Source: an uncultured Candidatus Saccharibacteria bacterium (GTDB lineage: Bacteria; Patescibacteriota; Minisyncoccia; Phycocordibacterales; DAORIS01). From it: a stretch of 64,000 bases of DNA. A program made the translations under genes and the position numbers. Under the pieces are notes generated by a model. It had not been told where the DNA came from and ran no database searches. It saw only the letters and a list, made by a program, of their open reading frames with translations. Below are positions 57,975 through 64,000 of this stretch, in pieces; the stretch's first letter is position 1, and the number at the start of each line of letters is the position of its first letter. The stretch lies in NCBI GenBank assembly GCA_964644035.1, contig CAZXUH010000001.1, positions 67,712 through 131,711 on the forward strand, given 5' to 3'.

Positions 57975-59639
57975 GTGTTAGGATACTATACGTATATGCA
58001 ATCGGCAAAGAAAATTTTGGCCACTTTGGGAATATTCTCAATCTTTGCCCTTCTTGTATTCAGTATCTACTCACGCACGCCAGGACTTTTTACTGGCGAC
58101 GACCCATACTATCATGCTTATCGTGCAGCGGCACTATGGAGAAGTGAAACTCCCAATATGCCGGTCTATACGACGTTCCAGACCCATCCAGTGACGTTTT
58201 ATATCGGATATTACTGGAGTATGGCGCCCTTTACTGCTGGCTTCAATGGAAACAATTTTGATTCTATTATTTTGGGTTCAAAAATATATCATTCTCTGCT
58301 TATCGGATTTTTATACGCATCTTTCTTTGCTATTACCTGGAAATTACTCAAAAGCGGCAAATATGCACTGACTGCGGTAACACTACTTTTTGTGTCTTCG
58401 GAATTGTTTGTCTTTCGTTCATTTATTCCACGACCACATGTCATGAGTATTATTTTGGTAATACTGGCGTATTATTTTGCAGTCAGAAATCATAAGAAAT
58501 CCATTTTCATACTCAATATTATTTCTCCTTTTACTTACTCAACTTCTTTTTTTACGGTTGTGCCTGGCATAGTCTATGCCGTAGTAGCCAAAAAATGGTG
58601 GCCAGCGATTTTGTCCTGTGGAGGTTTGCTAGTTGGTATCCTGATACGACCTGATAGTTGGAATTATTTTTACAATGCATATGGTCTGCACTTATTGTCT
58701 ATCTTTAGGACGACGATATTGGGGCAGGCAGGGCCTGGAGAATTGAAATCAGGAGGTCTGATACTCCTACACGAACCATGGATCTTTGCCTACGTCGCTA
58801 TTTTGGGCTATGCGCTTATTTATTTCCTGACATGGAGAAATAATAGACAAACATTGTTTTTCAAATGGAGTATAGAATCGAAATATACGCTCGTATTGTC
58901 TTTCCTTTTCTACATACCGTTTATGTTTGTGGTCAGGACTATAGAATACACATTGCCTTTTGCAATTTTGGCTATACTTTTTGTTTGGAAAGAACATCTT
59001 CTATTTTTTATGAGACGTTTTACTTCTATTCGTTTTGAAAATAATACTTCCAAAGCCCAGCAGATCTTTATTAATATTCCGCAACATATACTCAAGACTT
59101 TTTATGAATATAAAAAAATACTTCTATTTGTATGTATACTTTCTTTGGTTTCGCTTGGTGTGACAAGACTGACGTTGTTGCGTTATACAGCCGAACATCA
59201 AAATGATCTCACGCCTTTCGTCGCACTTACTGATTATTTAAAAGAACATTCAGTAGAAGGTGACTTGGTAATGTATCAGGACTTCGCACTACACTCTAAG
59301 CTTGTATTTTTCAGGACCAACAATCATTTTCCAGTGGGCATGGATCCGATATTTCTCTATGAATATGATCAAAAGTTGTATTGGCTTTGGTATCATATTG
59401 CTCTCAGTGAAGATATTTGCGAACAGAAAATATGCGCACAGGAAAACACGCTTTCTATGTACGATGCTTTGCACGAAAGACTTAAAGCAAAATATTTCCT
59501 GCTCGATTATATAGATAGTGATCACGAAGCATTTGAACAGGGTTCATCTACTCGAAAAAAGCTTGAATCTGATTCTCGATTTGAGCTTGTGCATGGCAAG
59601 GTTGAGGAAGATCAACTAGCGCTCTATAAAATACAATAG
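57975..59639 (+). CDS. GT-C-fold glycosyltransferase-like polytopic membrane protein
   Basis: At least 11 TM helices. The first extracytoplasmic loop carries GDDPYYHAYR, which resembles the STT3/PMT-type DPYFNYR / DE motif. No WWDYG motif is present. Confidence 0.45.
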   Translation: MLGYYTYMQSAKKILATLGIFSIFALLVFSIYSRTPGLFTGDDPYYHAYRAAALWRSETPNMPVYTTFQTHPVTFYIGYYWSMAPFTAGFNGNNFDSIILGSKIYHSLLIGFLYASFFAITWKLLKSGKYALTAVTLLFVSSELFVFRSFIPRPHVMSIILVILAYYFAVRNHKKSIFILNIISPFTYSTSFFTVVPGIVYAVVAKKWWPAILSCGGLLVGILIRPDSWNYFYNAYGLHLLSIFRTTILGQAGPGELKSGGLILLHEPWIFAYVAILGYALIYFLTWRNNRQTLFFKWSIESKYTLVLSFLFYIPFMFVVRTIEYTLPFAILAILFVWKEHLLFFMRRFTSIRFENNTSKAQQIFINIPQHILKTFYEYKKILLFVCILSLVSLGVTRLTLLRYTAEHQNDLTPFVALTDYLKEHSVEGDLVMYQDFALHSKLVFFRTNNHFPVGMDPIFLYEYDQKLYWLWYHIALSEDICEQKICAQENTLSMYDALHERLKAKYFLLDYIDSDHEAFEQGSSTRKKLESDSRFELVHGKVEEDQLALYKIQ

Positions 59640-59647
59640 AACCTCAA

Positions 59648-60364
59648 CTATTTATTAGACTTAAAACGATATTTGATAAGAGTCCAGATGGCAATAAATC
59701 CGTCACGCATTTTTATTTTCTTACCTTCCTTGCGACTGCGTGGAGTGTATGAGATTGGCACTTCTATTATCGGAATATGTTTTCTCAAGACTTTTGCTGT
59801 TACTTCAGGACAAAATTCGAAACCAAGACAGGTCAGTGGAATATTTTTAATAACATCCGCTTTAAACACTTTGTAACATGTCGGTTCATCGGTCAGTCGT
59901 ACGTTGTACAAAATATTAGTTACAAATGTTACAAGTTGTGTACCCATTTGGAAAAGATCGTATTTTGATCTTGCATTGGGATTATTTAAAAATCGAGAAC
60001 CGTAGACTACTTGAGCTCCTTGCTCGAGTATAGGCTGGAGTAGTCGGGAATAATCATTAGGATTGTATTCAAGATCGGCGTCTTGTATGAGTACGATATC
60101 TCCTGTAGCTGCTTGCAGACCGGTGCGAATAGCACGGCCTTTGCCGGCGTTTATTCGGTGATTGATCGTAATAACACTGAGTCCTGGTGGTCTGACGGAT
60201 TTTTTAATCTCTTCAAGGACTCGTGGAGTAGAGTCGCTCGAATAATCATTGACGAAAATAATTTCTTTTTGGGTGCTGCCTATGTCTGCTTGAGAAACGC
60301 GGTCATAGATCTCCCGAAGCGTTCGTTCCTCATTGAAGCAGGGAATGATGATCGAGAGTTTCAT
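59648..60364 (-). CDS. GT2 glycosyltransferase, polyprenyl-phosphate sugar synthase (DPM1/GtrB-like)
   Basis: LSIIIPCFNEE, DxD-type IQDADLEY, and a size of about 240 aa. The ORF-track N-terminal extension overlaps tRNA-Lys and is rejected. Confidence 0.7.
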   Translation of the reverse strand: MKLSIIIPCFNEERTLREIYDRVSQADIGSTQKEIIFVNDYSSDSTPRVLEEIKKSVRPPGLSVITINHRINAGKGRAIRTGLQAATGDIVLIQDADLEYNPNDYSRLLQPILEQGAQVVYGSRFLNNPNARSKYDLFQMGTQLVTFVTNILYNVRLTDEPTCYKVFKADVIKNIPLTCLGFEFCPEVTAKVLRKHIPIIEVPISYTPRSRKEGKKIKMRDGFIAIWTLIKYRFKSNK

Positions 60365-60372
60365 GTATCGTC

Positions 60373-60448
60373 TGGTGCACCCAGCAGGATTCGAACCTGC
60401 GACCGTCTCCTTAAGAGGGAGCTGCTCTACCAACTGAGCTATGGATGC
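60373..60448 (-). tRNA. tRNA-Lys(CUU), CCA encoded
   Basis: GCATCCATAGCTCAGTTGGTAGAGC...cuCUUaa...GGTTCGAATCC...TGGGTGCACCA. Confidence 0.8.
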
Positions 60449-60520
60449 ATATGTGCCGACAAGCTTTTATAACATAATTATTCCATTTTTCAAAAATAAC
60501 TTAGTAGTTTCATTGTACTG

Positions 60521-60604
60521 TGCCCGAGGTGGGACTCGAACCCACACGCCCTTGCGGACAACTGATTTTAAGTCAGTTCTGGCTACCAATTACAGCACTC
60601 GGGC
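60521..60604 (-). tRNA. tRNA-Leu(UAA), type II
   Basis: Acceptor GCCCGAG/CTCGGGC, anticodon loop cuUAAaa, and a long variable arm. Confidence 0.75.
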
Positions 60605-60640
60605 AATGTCTTGCACATATATCTTATCAGAACTAAATAC

Positions 60641-60717
60641 TGGAGGCGTAGGCCGGGCTCGAACCGGCGCATAACGGTTTTGCAGACCGCCGCGTTGACC
60701 AACTTCGCCACTACGCC
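60641..60717 (-). tRNA. tRNA-Cys(GCA), CCA encoded
   Basis: GGCGTAG...cuGCAaa...GGTTCGAGCCC...CTACGCCTCCA. Confidence 0.8.
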
Positions 60718-60804
60718 GTTGAACATCAACCGCAAATAAATGTTATCGCTTGGCACGCATAATTTGGGGGAGGCCTCCGCGAGGCCCGCTCAAACATTAT
60801 TTGC

Positions 60805-61149
60805 TCATTGATTACTAACTTCCTGACTCAGTGTGTCTATCCTCTGTCTGTTCTTTTCTCCAGAATCTATTTCAAAAGAAAGAAAGGGGATTCGGCCAAT
60901 GCGAGCATGTTCTTTGACGTATTCGCGTATTTCCGATGCCTGGCGCTTGAGGAAGGTGAGCGCCGTTTGTTCATATGAATCAGGCAAGACTGTAACGAAG
61001 ATCGTTACTTTGTCTAATTTATCAGAAATCGCACCGGAAGTCACCGTAATGAGGGACTGACGATTTGACTCTCTGGCTATGTATTCTGAGACGCAATGCT
61101 TAGTGAGTTCAAGGATGCGTTCGTCTTTGTGATGTGTAGGCTGTTTCAT
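60805..61149 (-). CDS. rbfA: ribosome-binding factor A
   Basis: ITVTSGAISDKLDKVTIFVTVL matches the RbfA core, and the gene sits immediately downstream of infB. Confidence 0.7.
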   Translation of the reverse strand: MKQPTHHKDERILELTKHCVSEYIARESNRQSLITVTSGAISDKLDKVTIFVTVLPDSYEQTALTFLKRQASEIREYVKEHARIGRIPFLSFEIDSGEKNRQRIDTLSQEVSNQ

Positions 61150-61171
61150 GTGTCTGTGAATTGTTTTGGAA

Positions 61172-62701
61172 TTATTCCTCAACAAGAGAGAAACATTCGA
61201 TCTTGTCTCCAGGCATAATATCTACCTTCGATTCGATCATGGCACCAAATTCTTTGCCCGCGGCGATTTCTGTTGCACGTTCTTTGAGTTGCTGAAGTTC
61301 GCGAATGCGTCCGCGTTCGATAAGATTGTCTCTGCGAAGTATTTTTACTTCTTCACCAACCTTGATAATACCGTCTTCGACTCGTCCACCGATGATATGC
61401 TTGTCTTTTGATCTGCTAAAGGTCTTGAGAATCTTTGCTAAGCCCGTCATTTTCTCAACGTATTTTTTAGGAGCACGGACTTTTACATACTCCTGAAGCC
61501 ATTCGGTCAGTTTGTAGATGATATCGAACATGTGCATCTCAGTCTTTTGGTTTTCAGCTAGCGATTTTGCTGGAGCATCGATACCAACACCAAAACCTAG
61601 AATAATCGTACCAGGAATACCCGCAGCTGCTTTGATATCGTTTTCACCGATATCTCCGACTGACTGCTGAACGATGCGAATATTGATGGCATCGTTTTTG
61701 ATTTTGCCGATTTCATGTATAAGCGCCTCGAGACCGCCTGTTTCTGAGGCTTTGATAATAATAGGAAGAGTAGCTTTGTCTGCATTATCAAAAGATTTTG
61801 GAGTATTGGCCTGTTTTGATAGTTGTTCGAGATGAGTCTGAATCAAAGCCTCAGCTTCTTTTTTGGATTCTACCGTTACAAATACTTCACCGACTGCAGG
61901 CAATTCATTCCAGCCAATAATACGCACAGGATTGGTAAATGTTGCTTCTTTGATTGATTTGCCGGCAAAGTTTTCGAATATACGAATAGGGGAGAAACTT
62001 TTTCCTGCGACGACAAACTGTCCCGATGACACAGTACCATTGGTAATGATTGCTGTAGCAGTGTTGCCCTTTTTTCTATCGACGTGAGTTTCGATAATCG
62101 TACCCTGACCCTGAGCTTTTGGATCGGCTTTCATATCTTCGAGTTCGGCAACAAGGAGAATCATTTCGAGGAGTTCAGGTATACCTTCGCCAGTTTTTGC
62201 TGAAATAGGTACGACAGAAATATTGCCGCCGTAGCCTTCAACATAGATTTCATTTTCAGCAAGACTTTGCTTAGTACGTTCGATATTGGCTTCTGGACGA
62301 TCGATTTTATTGATTGCAACAATATAAGGAATCTTTTCTTTGAGAATAGTCTGAAGAGCCTGAATGGTTTGAGGCTTCACTCCGTCTTCGGCTGAGACAA
62401 CAAGAATAGCAATATCAGCTATTTTTGCACCACGAGCTCTTATGCTTTGGAATGATTCATGACCAGGAGTATCGATGAAGGTGATTTTCTTTTTCTTTCC
62501 ATTGACTTCGTGTTCGACTTCGTAGGCACTCATTTTCTGAGTAATACCACCAACTTCTTTTTCAGTGACATTGGTTTTGCGAATGTAGTCGAGCAGGGTT
62601 GATTTGCCATGGTCGACGTGTCCCATCACTACGATAACAGGCGGACGTTCTATAGACGCGCCTTTCATAGTCCCTTCATTGTTTTTTGAGGTTTTCTTCA
62701 T
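61172..62701 (-). CDS. infB: translation initiation factor IF-2 (short N-terminus)
   Basis: VIVVMGHVDHGKSTLLD, DTPGHESF, NKID, and C-terminal beta-barrel domains. Confidence 0.92.
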   Translation of the reverse strand: MKKTSKNNEGTMKGASIERPPVIVVMGHVDHGKSTLLDYIRKTNVTEKEVGGITQKMSAYEVEHEVNGKKKKITFIDTPGHESFQSIRARGAKIADIAILVVSAEDGVKPQTIQALQTILKEKIPYIVAINKIDRPEANIERTKQSLAENEIYVEGYGGNISVVPISAKTGEGIPELLEMILLVAELEDMKADPKAQGQGTIIETHVDRKKGNTATAIITNGTVSSGQFVVAGKSFSPIRIFENFAGKSIKEATFTNPVRIIGWNELPAVGEVFVTVESKKEAEALIQTHLEQLSKQANTPKSFDNADKATLPIIIKASETGGLEALIHEIGKIKNDAINIRIVQQSVGDIGENDIKAAAGIPGTIILGFGVGIDAPAKSLAENQKTEMHMFDIIYKLTEWLQEYVKVRAPKKYVEKMTGLAKILKTFSRSKDKHIIGGRVEDGIIKVGEEVKILRRDNLIERGRIRELQQLKERATEIAAGKEFGAMIESKVDIMPGDKIECFSLVEE

Positions 62702-62773
62702 AGTATCTGTTCTAGAGTAGATGCAGCTCTTTGATTATACATATAGATTTGGGTTTGTACATAATAAAAAAGC

Positions 62774-62796
62774 CCCCGCATTTTATGCGGGGACTA
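62774..62796 (-). terminator. terminator of the 62815..63408 gene
   Basis: gcccccgcat-ttt-atgcgggg hairpin preceded by A6. Confidence 0.65.
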
Positions 62797-62814
62797 GAAT
62801 GACGTAGCTTGCTG

Positions 62815-63408
62815 TTAGGCAGTTGTATAGACTGGCGAGGGGATGGCAATGACAGTGATATCTCCCCAGTCTCTAGAACTCCAGTGATGAGCGAGTCCTT
62901 GAAGCGTGCTTAGAACAGAGTGAGTGCTTGCGGCGTGGCCGTCGTGATTGCGTATTTGACCCGTTGTGATGATCAAGCAGGGAAGAGAAACTGGAGTTCC
63001 TATGAAATCTTCTTGGTTGAACAGATTCGACCAGAAACGCGACATATGTGAACTCCACGTAACCTTGATCGATTCAGGAAGTCCCTGCTCGCGAAGGATT
63101 TCGAGTATGCTCGAGCATGGGCATGTTTTGCCCGCGCCGAGTCTGTCGATTTCAGCGTCTGTTCCAACGACAAGTATCCGGTCTGGATCAATACCTTGGA
63201 CGCTCATATCTTGCAAGGGCGGTTGCCTGAAGAAGATTTCGAAACCATGCATAAAGCGCGGTTTCTTTTTGATGTCGCCACCAGTAGCACACCAGTGATG
63301 CCAGACAGTAGTCCGGTCAACCGGTACGTCTTGGTTGTCAGCAAGATCCATAAGTTTACGGAGCTCAGCCCGATTTTCAGGCGTATCAAATTCCTTAAAC
63401 GTAAGCAT
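62815..63408 (-). CDS. hypothetical protein, tandem paralog A
   Basis: Shares DP.R.L.VG..AE..RLG....P.S.IL.I..EQ.L..S.KVTWS..M..FW...F..QDFIGTPV.LP.LI.TTG.I..H......ST..S.L.......W.S..W....VIAIP.PV with the next gene. Confidence 0.5.
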   Translation of the reverse strand: MLTFKEFDTPENRAELRKLMDLADNQDVPVDRTTVWHHWCATGGDIKKKPRFMHGFEIFFRQPPLQDMSVQGIDPDRILVVGTDAEIDRLGAGKTCPCSSILEILREQGLPESIKVTWSSHMSRFWSNLFNQEDFIGTPVSLPCLIITTGQIRNHDGHAASTHSVLSTLQGLAHHWSSRDWGDITVIAIPSPVYTTA

Positions 63409-63502
63409 AACTATCCTTTCTGTATGAGTTGTGAAGGACTGTAACTGGATATTTTATATCTTAGAAATATAGTTTAGTCAAATAACCTCAGAATAAAAAA
63501 GC

Positions 63503-63526
63503 CCCGTACCGAAGTACGAGGCTTAG
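63503..63526 (-). terminator. terminator of paralog B
   Basis: gccccgtac-cgaa-gtacgaggc hairpin (UUCG loop on the minus strand) preceded by A6. Confidence 0.65.
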
Positions 63527-63543
63527 AGTGACGCGGCTTGCTG

Positions 63544-64000
63544 TTAGGCAGCTGCCGAGACAGGGACGGGGATAGCAATGACGGGAATGCGCCATTTTTT
63601 GGAGTTCCAGATGTTTGCAAATTCCAAAAGCTTACTCAGAACTGTAGACGCACTACCCTTGGAGTTGGGGTGGCTGTGAATGTTGCCGGTTGTGACAATC
63701 AAGCGCGGAAGATGGACAGGTGTGCCGATGAAATCCTGTTCAGCAAAGAAGTCTGTCCAAAAGTGCTCCATTTTCCAACTCCACGTAACCTTGACGGAAT
63801 CGTCAAGATTCTGCTCGGCGAAGATCTTCAGAATATCGGAAGATGGTCTTGATTCACATCGACCCAGCTTTCGGGTTTCGGCTTTAGCCCCCACTATGAG
63901 AACCCTGCTCGGGTCGATGCCTTCGACGGTCATCTTTTCCAAAGGCAGTGTCCTGTAGAAAATTTCATGACCAGCAAGCTTGCGTGGTTTGTTTTTGATG
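63544..64000 (-). CDS. hypothetical protein, tandem paralog B (5' end beyond the window)
   Basis: Paralog of 62815..63408. The ORF runs off the 3' edge of the window. Confidence 0.5.
   Translation of the reverse strand, partial: IKNKPRKLAGHEIFYRTLPLEKMTVEGIDPSRVLIVGAKAETRKLGRCESRPSSDILKIFAEQNLDDSVKVTWSWKMEHFWTDFFAEQDFIGTPVHLPRLIVTTGNIHSHPNSKGSASTVLSKLLEFANIWNSKKWRIPVIAIPVPVSAAA

Noticed and set aside
60364-60433. N-terminal 23-aa extension of the GT2 ORF (MVEQLPLKETVAGSNPAGCTRRY)
   Set aside because: The extension is the reverse-strand reading of tRNA-Lys (GSNPAGC = GGTTCGAATCC T-loop), and the extension's start is non-ATG. The real start is MKLSIIIPCFNEE.
1-64000. CRISPR arrays, IS elements/transposases, integrases, and toxin-antitoxin pairs
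   Set aside because: No direct-repeat/spacer arrays, no DDE or serine/tyrosine recombinase motifs, and no small convergent two-gene cassettes with TA hallmarks were seen. The only repeats are the intragenic 21-bp tandem repeats and the duplicated terminator.

Overview
The window is a 64 kb, gene-dense chromosomal segment at roughly 40-45% GC, made up almost entirely of housekeeping genes. It is most consistent with a reduced-genome bacterium, probably a Patescibacteria/CPR-like lineage; that placement is inference, resting on the absence of biosynthetic genes, the pilin-like paralog families and the many small membrane proteins.

Core genes read from conserved motifs:
- Information processing: rpoC (5' partial), dnaG, rpoD, gyrA, a UvrD-type helicase fused to a Cas4/RecB-like Fe-S nuclease, and a DEDDy exonuclease.
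- Translation: hisS, valS, lepA, typA, infB, rbfA, rpsP, a KH protein, trmD, rpsA, rpsU, ybeY, pth, rnr, truB and tsaD.
- Division and envelope: ftsZ, ftsA, an FtsB-like protein, murJ, lepB and an O-antigen-ligase-like TPR protein.
- Redox and stress: trxB, glutaredoxin-like, DsbA-like, Hsp20 and a PrsW-like protease.
- RNA genes: RNase P RNA (rnpB, recognised from the P4 strands GGAAAGUCCGG / ACAGAAUCCGGCUUA) and ten tRNAs in three clusters.

Outside the core, the part most worth a second look is 50.1-57.9 kb, which looks like a surface/secretome island:
- a membrane-anchored solute-binding-like protein;
- three tandem T4SS-pilin-like (TrbC/VirB2-like) paralogs plus a truncated fourth;
- zinc-ribbon membrane proteins that share a new C-terminal ectodomain and carry a duplicated terminator;
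- an SPFH-like protein;
- a secreted protein made of about 30 glycine heptads.

Other items flagged below:
- a second, catalytically degenerate HisRS-like paralog downstream of lepB;
- a GT-C / GT2 glycosylation gene pair;
- a GC-rich 0.8 kb insertion with a 13-bp GC inverted repeat and an unknown ORF beside a tRNA cluster;
- a heptad-repeat protein encoded by 21-bp tandem DNA repeats;
- tandem unknown paralogs at the 3' end of the window.

Non-CDS coordinates are hand-derived and approximate to about 2 nt.
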